NCBI GenBank assembly: GCA_964016885.1
Contig: OZ024742.1
Span: 330,398,001-330,462,000 of the forward strand
Length of the DNA: 64,000 nucleotides
Direction of reading: 5' to 3'
DNA from: Eledone cirrhosa
Taxonomy: Eukaryota
The translations under genes were made by a program, and so were the position numbers. Of the stretch, positions 27,574 through 41,010 are shown piece after piece. Each line of letters begins with the position of its first letter. The stretch's first letter is position 1. The notes beneath the pieces are model-generated. The model was given only the letters and a program-made list of their open reading frames with translations, searched no databases and was not told the DNA's origin.

Positions 27574-30500
27574 GAATGCTATGGTTGACGGAGGCTCGGC
27601 TCTGTAAGGTATTGTAAATTTTGAACGCTATAACAATTGTAAATTGTTTAAAACTTTAACGAACTTGTAGACAAAAACACCCTCCTCCTCGTGAGAGGGG
27701 TCTTTATGCCCGTCATTTGGCCCTTCGGGGTTAAATAACTGCTTATTGGGGTTTTGTGCCCAATATTTATTTTAAACAAAAAAAACAACATGGCTACGAA
27801 AAATAATTTTCATAGGTCACTCCCACTCATTCCGTCTTCTTCCTCAATCGTCACTACAGCAGAGAGAAGATTGTCTCTCTCCCTCCCTTCTCTTTCGTAA
27901 GCGACGACAGAAAAAAAAAAAAAGAAAAGTCTCGTGCAATATTTCTCCACGACGACGACGACAACGACGAAACAGGTGTGCGGGAAATACGAAAACCCAT
28001 TTCATTCGTCTGACGTCAGGAATAATAGCAGTAGCAGCCGTAATAACAACAGCAACAGTGACAATGAAAACAACAGTAGCAGCCGCAACAGCATCACCAA
28101 CAGCATAAACAACAACAGCATTAGCAGAAGCAACAACAACAACAACCACAGCAACAGCGGCGGCGGCAGTAGTCGTAGTACCTGCAGCAACAACAAAAGT
28201 AACAGCAGCTCTGACGACAACAAACAACAACAGCAGCAAAGAAAAACCAATCTCGTTTGCAGGTATCGCGAAGAACCTGGAAACAATCCTCGTAACAAAT
28301 GAGGAATTAGAGGAAGCGAAAAAGATGGTGACAAAAACAGGACACCGAGCAATCTGCAAGGCAGCGGAAACATTTTTCGAAACCCAACAGCACTGTACGT
28401 TCACGTACCGTACAGTAAGTACAAAATCCCGTAGGGTGGAAAGAGCCACAGAGGCTCAAATACAAAAAGCCTTGGGGTCTGTGTGGCAGCAGAAAACACA
28501 TCACCCGAGGCAAGAAATATGCCACCGTAGACGTACTTTTTGCCACACCCCAGGAGGCAAAGGCTCAATCCGTAGTGACCCTAAGGAGGGAGGAAATGGT
28601 GTGGGTGCCCTCCTACTGCGGGCAAAAAATTGTGAGGGTCAAACTGACCCACGTCATCCCAGGGATGGCCCCTTCTTGGCTGGCCGCGTCTGTCCTCGTC
28701 GGAATCGAGGACAAAACAACTGTACTGCAAGTACAGAAAAAAGTAAGAGAAGATTGGGTCGGCATTTCTATTGAGATGTTAATCCAAACCAACCAGGAGT
28801 GCATCGAAGCTATCCCAGATGTGATAGACTTCGATAACGGCACTCAACTGCCCATGAGTGTTGAGGGCAAACGCCCGAAATGCTTTCGCTGTGGATCGAA
28901 GACTCACCCCAGGGCCTTCTGCAACGAGAAGACCCTGAGAAAGGAGAAAACCCCCTCCTTTCGAAACCGGCTCCACGGCTACCAGCAACAGGACAAGCTG
29001 CAACCAGGAACGATAGGTCCGTGGCACCCATACCCACGCCACGGAAATCAAAATCAGCAGCAGCAGTGTAAGTATTAACAACAACAACAACAGCAATACC
29101 AAATGCAGCTGCAACAGAGACTCCAGTGCAAACATCACCAACAACAACAAGTGAAAGGGTGTAGCTGGTACCCCCTCCCCGACCTCACAGAATCAGACAT
29201 CGAGTGTGAGGTGGGAGAGGGATGGCAAAAGGTCGTAAGAAGGCACAAACGCAGAAGCGGGGCATCGTCACCTTTGAAAAGGGAGGAAAGAAATGAAAAG
29301 AGGGTAAAGTCTACTGCAAAGAGACTCACAGCAGCAACACCACCAACACCATCACCACCCACACTAGCACCACCATCACCACCGGCGACAACCCCACCGC
29401 CAACAACACCTTCAACACCACCACCACAAGCACCAACATCGCAAACACAACAACAAAACACACACACACCCAGCAACAACGACAAGAAAATAGCAGAACC
29501 ACACCCCACCCCCAGAAAAACAAATGCTCGGCAATAAATGCACACAACAAGAAACTAATGACTTACATAATTGAACACACAGACATTTCACAACACGACT
29601 ACATAATACCAGCACCAATCAAAACACCAACTAACATAAGACTGCTAAAAATAGCACAGAAACAATACACAAACATTAAAACGAAATTCCCCAACGCAGT
29701 TGGTGATTTCAGGGACCTAGGAGGAACTCTCAACCGAAGAGTATATTCGGTCACCTAAGGGCCTTCTGCCCGCAGAAGACAGCCGAGAAGAGGCCCCCTC
29801 CTCATTCCGACGCCTCATCCACTGCCAGTAAGAGCAAGACAGGCAACAGAGGCAGAATACCCTTCCATGGTGTGTAGGAGGGAAATGTCCATGGTACCCA
29901 TACCAAGGCCACGGACAACTAAAGCAGCTGCAGTAGTGGCGGCAACACCAAGAATCGCAGTAGCTACGCCGTCGGTAAATCACCACCAACACCAGTGGAG
30001 CTCATGCCCCTCAGGGACGCCGCGGTGTCCGACATGGAGTGTGAGGCGGGAGGGAAGTGGCAAACGGTCTGCCTCAAAAAACAAAATAGAAAAACACCCT
30101 TAGCTTCAACCTCTAAAAGCAAAGGCAGACAAAGAGGGGTAAAGGCTGCAAGGAGACTTGCAGCAACACTACCACCATAACCATCACTACCACAAGCATC
30201 ACCACCAACAACAACCACATCAGCATCAGCATCACCAAAAACACCAACATCGCAAACGCAACAAAACACACACACCCAACAGCATCAACAAGAAACGAAC
30301 AACAAAATCGCCCCTCCCACCAAAAAGTACACAGCCATAAACATGGCAAATAAAGTACTCCTCCAACATATAAAGCTGCACACATACATAACAGAAAAAA
30401 ACTACTACACCCCACCATCACCAAGAACTCTCCCAACAAACATAAGCATCATTGAAATCAAAATATAACTACAAAATTTTAAGACAAAAATTCCCTAACG

Positions 30501-33500
30501 CAGTTGGAGACTTCAGAGGGTCGGTTACAAAGAGGATATACACTGACATCCTCTCGGAAACACCCATGACAAGCCAAAGGGACGGTTCTACTGTCCCTTC
30601 ATCACACGATCAAGGTAAGTGATCCTTTCTCACTTACCCCGTATTTCATCCAACATGGCCGTACTTAAAATAGGTAGTATAAATACGTGGCCTGGGGTTA
30701 TCTTGAAAGCAGGGTCACCCGCTGAACGACCTCAGGTCACTGAACATAGATGTCGTGGCATTCAACGAGAGTAGAATCTCCGAAGTACTAGCCTTCGCAC
30801 CGATCTTCGGCGGCTAATATGTATACGCATCTACCAGCCGTCCGGCATCGGGGGGACGGGTTTGCCATGTTTTTCGGAGAGGCTTGGATCTCGCCATACG
30901 GGCCATCTTCCTGGACCCAGAAGGTGAGTCGGTGGTAATGGATGTGACCGGCCGCGAAGGCAATGCTTTCAAGCTAGTAGCCATCTACGCCCCAACAGGT
31001 GCAGGACGGCCAGATTTCTTCAGACGTCTAGAGACCTTTCTTGGAACGTCCCGCTCTTTAGTGTTAGTGGACGACTGGCACGGTATCTTGGATGCACGCT
31101 GTGATTACGTGATGCTGTAGACAAGGCTGGAGGATGTAAAAGCCTAAAAAACCTGCTCCGACATTTTGAACTGTCTGACAGGTATAGACTGGATTAGCCG
31201 AATGTGCCAATGTAGACATGGGCAAAACGTATCGTGTCATCCAGATCGTATTTAGATAGGGTATTCTGTAGGGAAACAGATAAGGCTAGTGTAGTTTGTC
31301 CACCATTTAAAATAGTCGACTGCATGGACTACAAATTTGTGATCTGTGAAGTTGACTTAGATAGACTCCATAAGGAAGGGCCCGGCTACTGGAAGCTGAA
31401 TGCGTCGTTCCCAGCGCGCAAAGCTTACAGAGACCGGATTAGCGAATTAGTTAAGGGTGCGTTGAAGGGTGCGATCGTCAACAACAGGTGGTGGTTTTCC
31501 CTGAAAAGGGCTATTAGAGTAGAATCGATAAGGTTTAGCAAAGGAGTAGTGATAGAGGAAAATAGAGTAGAGGTAGAGTTAGGTAAAACGCTAGAAGCGG
31601 CGTTTGGGACAGGAATCGGAACCGACGTGCTTGCGGCGAGATTGGCACTCGATCAATTCTTCAACACAAAGCATGAAGGCTGCGTTGGCAGAGCTAGAGC
31701 GCGTACTCTAAGACACGAGAGACGAAAGCCGTTCAATGGGCCCGGGTGGTGGAGGCCGAACGTGGCAACTAGTCCTCAATTCGGTATTTGCCTGATCAAA
31801 ACGGGCGCACGTTTCTCGAACCCGAGCAGATGTAAGCGGCTTTTAACAGCACTTGGCTCAATTGTTTGGGAGCGGCGGCGGGCCGTCTCGGATTATGGAC
31901 TTCGGTGCATAACTCGACGGACTGCCGCGGCTCTCGACGACTGCAACGCAGTGCTGCGAAAAGCCGATAATAGCAGGTGAAATACGGGGCGCCATATCTA
32001 ACTGCATGAGGGGTAAATCGCCAGGTTTGGATGGTCTGTCCTACGAGCTTCATGCGTATATGCCATACTTGTTCGCCGACCTCTTGGCAAATGTCTTCTG
32101 CAACTGGCAGCAGTACGGGAGCATCCCCACTTTTGTGAGCCTAGAGCAGTGGCGCTGCTGAGAAAAGTCCCGAACAAGGAGACGTAATAGATAACTTCAG
32201 GCCCATGACTCTGCTAAAGGCAGAGTTTAAGATTTTGGCCAAGGTGTTAGCAAAGAGTTTGGCGCTTGTCGTCAGTGATCTGGTGGGAGAGGCGCAGACA
32301 TGCGCCATTCCTGACCGATCCATCCACAACAACCTCCATCTCATGCGATATATCATAGAGAACGGTTAAGGAACATTGTACGGGTGGGGCCCTGATCAGC
32401 TTGGATCAATCTAATGCATTTGATAGGTTCGACCATCGGTACCTGGCTGCAGTTCTTGAGGGTGCCGGCTTGGGGCCCGTTTTTACGGGCTGGATCGCTG
32501 CGATCCACAGCGACATTTACTCAATTTTGAGGGTGAATGGTGACCTGTCGCAGCCGTTCAGCATCATGCGCTCGGTTCGACAGGTTGCCCACTTTCTTCC
32601 CTCTTGTACGTACTGGTCCCTCGACCTGTTACTGTACAAATTGGAGGCGATGAGGGGTCGTCCCACGCGAACTGGGATGCGGGAGATCCGTGTCAGCTTA
32701 CGCCAACGATGCCATTGTGGTGGTGTCGAGCACGAAATACGTCCAGATGCTCGCCACCGCTCTCAAAGATAACGAAGCGGTGACAGGATCAAAGATAAAC
32801 CAGGAAAAGTCGGTGGGCTTTCAGCTTGGCACCTGGAGAGGCCAGTCCATGCCGTCCGATAGCGTCGTGGGGCATTGGACGGAAGGACCGGTTAGATTTC
32901 TTGGGGGTCATGTTCGGTCCAGACACCCATATGGAGAAAAACTAGAGCGAGATGACGAGCAGGGTGGCCTCTCTCACTCAGAAATGGGCCGAGAGGAGGT
33001 TGTCTCTGAAACGTCGACAGGAGGTGGGGTGCGTACATAGCCTCCGTCATCTGCTACAGCCTGACAGTCGTACCTTGCCCCCACCCAACTCTGAACGAAA
33101 TGGAGCTCCTTCTATTTCCCTTTTTGTGGAAGGGATTGCTCCCATAGTCAGACGATCCATTATCTGTCAACACCCGTTGGGTGGAGGACTAGTCATGCCG
33201 TGGCTGATAATGCGCAAACATGCGCTGTGGCTGCGACAACTCTGGTGTTTCCTTGACGGTGAACAGGTGTGGTCGCCGTTTGCCAGATGCGCTTTTCCTC
33301 AGCTCGTCTCCTTGAAAGAGCTGTAGTCCTGGATCAAGAAAAAACCGAGGAATAGCGCTTGGAAGCTGGAATGCTTCCAAGCGTTCGCCGCCCTCTACCT
33401 GCTGGAACATCTACCTCTGCGTTCTATAGAGGGCTAGTGGATGGAAAGAGTGACTAAGATCTCGGGGAGATCCTTGGCGTCGAAGATGATTAGCTGTGTG

Positions 33501-34107
33501 CTCTCTTCAAGAAAATGTCCAGACCGGGCCTATGGACAACTTCCAGATATCCCTGGCCTGGCAGTGCTACAGGGGAGCGTTGCCGGTTCGGGATAAGCTC
33601 TACAGGCACGGAGCTGCTGTCAGCCGAGCCTGTCCGAGATGCGCGCTGGGCAAGGAAACCGTCCTGCACGCAATTCGTTCAGTGCCCGAGGATTGCTGAC
33701 AGGTGGAGCTATGTCGAACAGCTGCTGTCGCGTGTAGGACGGATACGGTTATCGACTGAGTCCATTGTGCAGATAGCCCCGCCAACCTCCTTTAAAGAGC
33801 AGGAAGTGCAGACAGGTTTCATATGCCTGGTGGCCATGGCGAAAGAGATTGTGTGGTGGACGAGGTTGAAAGGGTTGAAGACGGACACATTCCTCTTCGG
33901 CCAATCCCTGATTAACTTTTTTAAGTTTCACTTGAAGTGGAAAATCAGGGTGGAGAGACAAGTGCTGTCTTCTAGTAAGTGTGTTGAAAGGTGGGTGAAA
34001 GTGGCGAGTCTGGTCCGAGTGAACGAACCCGCTGTGAGTATGCGCCTGTAGACTGAAGAGTGGGAAAATTGAGAGAGGGCGCTTGCCCTGGTTGTCAGGG
34101 TGGCCGT
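27574..34107 (+). mobile_element. Tx1-clade LINE, copy B, near full length but degraded
   Basis: ORF1 remnants from ~27790 with CFRCGSKTHPRAFC. ORF2 from ATG 30655 with SYLDR, GPGYWKLN, DQSNAFDR, YAND and C-terminal ERWVKVA...RL* at 34051. Colinear with copy A; the 3' UTR is truncated at ~34107. Confidence 0.92.
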
Positions 34108-34323
34108 ATTATATAATTATGATAGGGATTCTGTGAATGGATTCATTGTTATTTACGGTATACACTTTAAGATATACGGTAGATATTTTAGTCTATGTGG
34201 GGAGTGTAGAACCACGTATGTTATATGATGAAGTAAATTGTGTTGCGCTATTATCTTACTATAATGTTTACTGTGATGATGAGGAAATGAAATATGTGTG
34301 TGTATGCCTCGCAGAATATTGTA

Positions 34324-34395
<72 letters not shown>

Positions 34396-35264
34396 TATAT
34401 TTATATGTGCGTGTGTGGGAATAGTCATATAATGTATATCAATAATTGCGTACTATTCTTTGTACATGCGGTACATATATGCGCTTTATACTTACAAAAC
34501 ACAATATTGTTTCCGATATATCTAAGTATTAAATGGTTATATACTGTAAATTTACTTATATGTCTAGCAATAACAGGTAACGTTTGTTTGTATATGTATG
34601 ATTACTTGTATGTAAATATGCTGCGGGGTCCAATTAGATGAAACTGCTCAAACTGTTTATATGTTATTTTGAAAACTGGTTGACTATTGCTTCGAGGTAT
34701 TATATAGATTTTCAGCCAGCTGCTTTATAATAGAGGTTCAGAAATAGACATAACAAAACATTTACCAAATTAATGATTCATAAAAAAAAAGAAAATGATC
34801 CCCTATCTATAAAGATTAGATTCATGATATTCGTTAATTTGAGTCTCAGCCTGAAATTGTAAAACAAAAAACATAACAGATCAATGATCGTTAAATGCAA
34901 TAGGAAAAACAATATTTCAGCAATTGCTATTCACCCTGAGGTGGATATCGTCGACTAATGAAGGGTTGAATGTAATATATTTTTGCATAATTGCTTCTAC
35001 GTTCTCGACAGGATGTGAAACAACAGCTAAATAGGTTCATCAAGTGCATTTAAACTTAAATCAAACAAAATAATACGTAAATATAACCGCACATGAGAAC
35101 ATACATTGGTAATTGTAGCCGGCGTACTTAACTGATTTAAGCAAAACCAGTTTGGTCGATATATACCCCATCCCGGCGGGTTCATTACAAATACATTTAC
35201 AAGAAACTCTGAGCTATAAGTATACAAAATAAATCGAATTAAGTGTGAAACAAACTGAATAAAG

Positions 35265-35539
35265 ATCTAAAGTCTGTCATGAGCCACAAGGTTCAGTAGG
35301 CCAGTGATTATCCCGGTTTCATGACAAGAAGCGACTGAAAGGACAATACACCTCCTGGACAGGACGCCAGTCCATCACATGATTGAACAAAATATTGCTA
35401 GTACTCATTTTATTACACTTTAGCAACGTGAAATGAAGTTTTTTTGCTCAAGACCTCAACACGAAACCCAACCGAGGAATCGAATCGACGACATTCTGAT
35501 CGTAATTCCAACACACTCACCACAATAGCACACATCTCC
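35265..35539 (-). mobile_element. tRNA-derived SINE (degenerate)
   Basis: The minus strand begins GGAGATGTGTGCTATTGTGGTGAG (A-box-like)...GATTCGATTCC (B-box-like), followed by a CTTGAGCAAAAAACTT core-like segment. Confidence 0.65.
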
Positions 35540-36529
35540 ACTACATAGTATAGGGGAGAATATAATGTATAATTTTAATCTATATAGTGCACATCTCTCT
35601 TTAGTCTACAGAGGACAGTCTATCGTTATTGCTTGGTTTTATATTTACCAATATGATACGATTTCTATATAGTGTATTGATACAACATAAATTATGGTAT
35701 TAATTCCCAGTTACTGGGAATAATATCAGTTAATAATATGCACAATTAAACAGGTTTTTAGTGATGTATTACAGGTCAGCAAAGGAGACCTATGAATGTA
35801 TGACTATATATTTATCTTAATTTCACTCGAAATTTTAATAAAGTCCCTCAAATTTCCTCCGATTGTTCTGAAACATAAGGTTGAATGTAGCACCCAAATG
35901 TATACGTATATATAATGTTTTAGGTGAAATTTCCAGAGTCTGATATGAAGCAGTTAACGGTGTATGGATGCTGTAATTTGGTGCATAGTCATTCTTATCT
36001 CCATCGCTCATAATGTGTGAAATTGCCAGAATTATTCGAGCAGTAAATAACTCGCAAAGATCAATGTTACATTAAGATTAGTTGGCATAGAAATTGCTAA
36101 AATCATTTAACATCACAAACTATCGTTAAGCACAGAGAACGGAGATGATACTATATTAACGATATCAAAGTTAAAATATAAATCTAACGAAATGACACGG
36201 TATACAATCATATAGCCAGACTAATTAAAAACAGAGCCGATGCCATAGTTATATGCGAATATAGGAACATTATAGAATAAACTCCATAATACAATGATAT
36301 ATAATCCACGAATATAATCCTAAGACAGATATAAAGATAAACATACAGATTAGTTTCATCCCCTATATTAAATTGTGTATCAGTTATTGGTTTGCAATCG
36401 CTGCACTATGTAACGAATTATACATACACATTTTGATAGGAATGGATTTTAAAATTCAAATATCGCCTTTAAGAAAATCAATGGCAATCGGAATTAAAAA
36501 AACAAATTTTCAGAATGTTATACAAGGAG

Positions 36530-36990
36530 ATCCCTTTATTTATAGAGGGATTTCCTTGTAAAGCCTCGACAACAACGTCTATGCTAAATCTATCGGAACG
36601 TGTTGTATGGAGATTGTCAAGTCCAAACCAGCTGACGAACAGTGTGGGTTTCGCTCCAGAAGCAACAGTTAATCAAATATTCACACAGTAGCAGATCATC
36701 GAAAACGTGTGGTAGTACTGCCTAGAGATGTATGCTTATTTCAGACACATTGAACGTTACACAGTAAATGTTGTGGAAAATTCTGCAGGAGTATGGTATT
36801 TATGGCCAGTTTCATGTCGCCCGAAATGCGCTATACGTATTCCTCAGAAAATATCTTCGGAAAAATGATGAAAAGTTGAAACATTTTATTGTAGGTGTCG
36901 CACACCTCCAAGACTGTGTATTCACACAACTCTTGTACATAATCGTCATAAACAAAATTGACATGTGCAGCCAGATTATTGGTGGCCGAA
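36530..36990 (+). mobile_element. Degenerate RTE-type RT fragment
   Basis: Remnants YRGISL, DEQCGFR and LWKILQEYGI. Confidence 0.7.
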
Positions 36991-37318
36991 ATAGAGTTCC
37001 CGAAAAGAGCCTTTGAATAATGTTACTCGATAGAATGCGGAGTGCAGAGATCAGTAATCCGCAATAATTCTCCGGATAGGTCACAGCTCCAATACTAAGT
37101 ATATAAGGACAACACGCTTTGCATCTTGTAAATTTCATTCTGTTTTTCAAACTGTAAAAATAAATATCCAATTACCCTATTTAAACCATAACCTGCATTT
37201 GTGATACTAAACGAATATATATGAACTATCCGTAGCTTAAGAAATATTTCCTTGCCACGTTGCAAACCTGGTGACTGCTATGTATGGTGATGCTGATTTG
37301 TACCCGGATTATCTAAAC

Positions 37319-37371
<53 letters not shown>

Positions 37372-37417
37372 AATAAAATTAAAAATATTTATATATATAT
37401 ACATATACATACACATC

Positions 37418-37457
37418 CCGAGCTGAAGATCCGCGAAGATGAAACAATTGTTCTCGG
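37418..37457 (+). ncRNA. Minimal type I hammerhead motif
   Basis: CCGAG-CTGAAGA-tccgcgaagat-GAAA-CAATTG-TT-CTCGG. Palindromic stem III AACAATTGTT; weak stem II. Confidence 0.8.
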
Positions 37458-37551
37458 CATGGTGAACTAACTGTTGTGTAACTACTTCTACCTAACTCGT
37501 CACTTGGACTGAGTGCTCTACCACTACGGATATTACCTTCCAGTGTTCCAC

Positions 37552-37605
<54 letters not shown>

Positions 37606-37634
37606 TTATATATATATATGTATGTATATATATA

Positions 37635-37681
<47 letters not shown>

Positions 37682-37710
37682 TATATATATATAAATATAT
37701 ATATATACAT

Positions 37711-37812
<102 letters not shown>

Positions 37813-37830
37813 TCTATATATTATATGTAT

Positions 37831-38225
37831 AGGAACCAGTAAGACCCCGACAGCTGAGCTCAAGCCGTATCGACGGCTAATTCTGGACTAAATGAAAATT
37901 TATCCTGGTATTTAAATAGCCGATCTTCTCAAGGGGTAATTCCATATATGGTCAAAGTGATTGTCAAAAATCAGTAGTAATTCTGTGGTTGCAAATTAGT
38001 AGGGGAGATGGTGGCTAAACCTGCCAGTAGGAGAAAGAGGGGAGGGGGTGGAGTAGACCCAATCAAGCGTTGGTAGTGCCAGCTACAGCTGGGCATGATG
38101 TCAAAGAAGATACAGGGGAGGGGGAGGGGGAGGAAGTCGGAACGGTAGGTAGAACAATATGGGGTAGAAATAAGGAAAGAAAAAAAAAATGGTCCACCTG
38201 GTTCCTTACCACATTTCCTTCGTTA

Positions 38226-38228
<3 letters not shown>
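37831..38228 (-). mobile_element. Non-coding PLE pLTR-like module with variant hammerhead (37844-37937) and an inverted 3' tip
   Basis: Minus strand: ACCCC-TTGAGAA-GAtCGGCTA...TAGCCGTC-GATA-CGGC..GCTG-TC-GGGGT. The family 3' terminus appears on the opposite strand at 38190-38228. Confidence 0.65.
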
Positions 38229-38282
<54 letters not shown>

Positions 38283-38289
38283 TACACAC

Positions 38290-38321
<32 letters not shown>

Positions 38322-38660
38322 GATGGCTGCGCACTCGTTATCGGGTATGGCCAATAAACGATATACTCTTATTAATAATTATTAATTAATTCTAACGTGC
38401 AATGCCTGTGCGTGAAAATATTTTTTAAAGTGAGGAAAGACTGTGCACTGAGCCATTCCCACTTTCTGATCGATAGTAGCTATAACCCGAAAAGAAGAAA
38501 AGATAAACATCATTGGTAACTACTAAGCCGCACGTTTTATATCCGAGATATCCCAGTTTCTTGAGTTGCCTTCTCCTAGAAGAATGCCTCTGAGAAAGGC
38601 TAGGGATCATTCATACATACATAGATGCATACGTAGATACATACATACATACATACATAC

Positions 38661-40500
38661 AAGAAATGTGAGGGATACATCATTGGCTCACATGAGGACA
38701 GAAATACAAACCTAACCCAAAATATCTTTGTGGACGATCTGAAACTCTATGCCAAGAATATGGATGGGATGAGGAAAAATCTTGACCTTGTTACAACGTT
38801 CTCAAAGGATATAGGAATGGAATTTGGCCAAGATAAATGCTCATACATGACTGTAAAGCTGGGAAAAAACAACAAACCAATCTGGCAACATTGTCATCAA
38901 TAGCCTATCTGTTTCACCAATTTCTGATGAGGTCTGCTACAGATACCTGGGGATAGATTAGAACATATCATATAATGGTATCTGTAATAGGGAACGCGTA
39001 ATCAGGGAATACTACAACCAATTAAGAAAGATTTGGTCATCGCAATTCTCTGCGCAAAACAAAACAATGGCTCACAATGTGTTCGCTGTGCCTGTCCTAA
39101 CACCAACGTTTGGAATACTCAGTTGGACGATAGACGAAATCCGAGCAGATGATTTTGTAACTCGAAAAATACTAAACAACACCGGAAACATCCACATCAA
39201 CAGTGACATAGACCGCCTTTCCTTGAAACGTAAGCTGGGAGGCAGAGGCCTAACATCAGTCCAGGCAGCATTTGAATGTCGCATCATATCTCTCCGACTA
39301 CATCTACGTATCTCGAAGCGTAGGAGCCCGCCTCTCGAGCGAATCTATCTGCATGAAAGAGATAAGATCATGAGAGTTGGGAAGAAACTCCTCGAGAGAA
39401 ATTCCCTGTGTGATAATCAAAAACTTACACCCAGGGAAGTCGCTCAGCTTTATTGCAGTGAATCCATTTCAGCAGAAAAGTCATGCATTGATTTGTTGCC
39501 AGGAAGCTCCAGACTGAGAGTAATATAGATAAGGAAAGCAGTCTATCTTTGACCAACAACCGCTATATTGGCTCCCACTTTGAAAGATACGCCTTCGCAA
39601 TCCAAGAACAGGAGATTAGCACGAAATATCTGATTCACAAAAGAGATAAGGATGCAGGCAAAACACCTAGATGTGATAACATGTACAGACTCTGCAGAAA
39701 TAACATCAATGATATCACCCATGTCATCAGCAGCTGTCCAAATATGTCATCGGTACTATCTACATATGAGGCATGATGTAGTGGCCAAAACATTGTACAA
39801 TGCAGTTAGTAAAAATCATAACCCCGATAATAAACACATTAAAAGCTACAGCAACGTGGAAGACATCCATGTACATAATATGAAAGAGTACTGGTGGAAT
39901 GTTCCAGTAAAAACCCCAATAAAATGGAGGCATAACAGACCAGATATTATGATATGGGACAGGGAGAAGAAAGCATACACAGTAGTGGAAATTAGCTGCC
40001 CAGGAGATGCCAATATAATATCAAAGATAAGCGAAAAGGAGAATATTTATGCAGAACTGATGAGAAATCTGCAGATACTCCACCCTGATTACACCTTCAG
40101 AATTATGCCTGTGAGTATTGGGGCACTGGGGTATGTTAGTAACTGCTTCACAACAAATCTTGAGAATCTAGGCTTCACAGGAACAGACAGAACACAACTA
40201 GTTAGGAAATTACAAGTACAATGCTTTAATGGAACAGTAAAATTATGTAAAACATTCCAAACATTTTGCATCTAATAACTGCATGTACACATGTACAGAT
40301 GCAAAGCATATACACGTGCACACATACAACTCAAATCATACAGATCCACACATACAATAACATCCATATCTACACATGCATACATACATAATCTACCTAG
40401 TTGATGTTGTGTAAATTCCAATGAGAGAGTCTTGTGTCTATGTTAGACACTGACTCTCTCTCTATTGGGAACAATTTTGTGAAATTATAAAACCAGAAGA
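38661..40500 (+). mobile_element. 5'-truncated R4/Dong-like RLE LINE
   Basis: FVDDLKLYA (~38728), LKRKLGGRGL, RLC...H...C, RHD and RPDIMIWD...VEISCP (RLE). Preceded by (TACA)n. Confidence 0.9.
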
Positions 40501-40534
40501 ATATACATATATATAAATACACACACACACACAG

Positions 40535-40575
<41 letters not shown>

Positions 40576-40927
40576 GAAAGATTTGAATGGATACAGTTTA
40601 GTTGAAAGGAATTTATTGACACGTGTTTCTATAACAGTTACATAACTTGAAAACAGCTGCTATCTACAAAGTTTTAGTTATGCAGACATTCAATATTTCA
40701 ATGTTATTATTTACTGTCATATATACGTATATTCAATTGGATCCGAGACTTTCGATACATGTATTACTACAGAGAATAAACTAATAATAACATAGCTCCA
40801 TAACAGAAAGTGGTAATCGAACCCACACTTCCAATCCTGTGATGTTTAAGTAAACATATACACCTACATATATGTGTATGCGAGTGTGTGCGTATCTCTC
40901 TCTCTCTCTCCCTCGCTATCTCTCTCA

Positions 40928-41010
<83 letters not shown>

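Noticed and set aside
40610-40770. Minus-strand GAAA-CACGTG-TC preceded by a long stem
   Set aside because: It looks like a hammerhead 3' half, but the CUGANGA core is missing; not supportable as a ribozyme.
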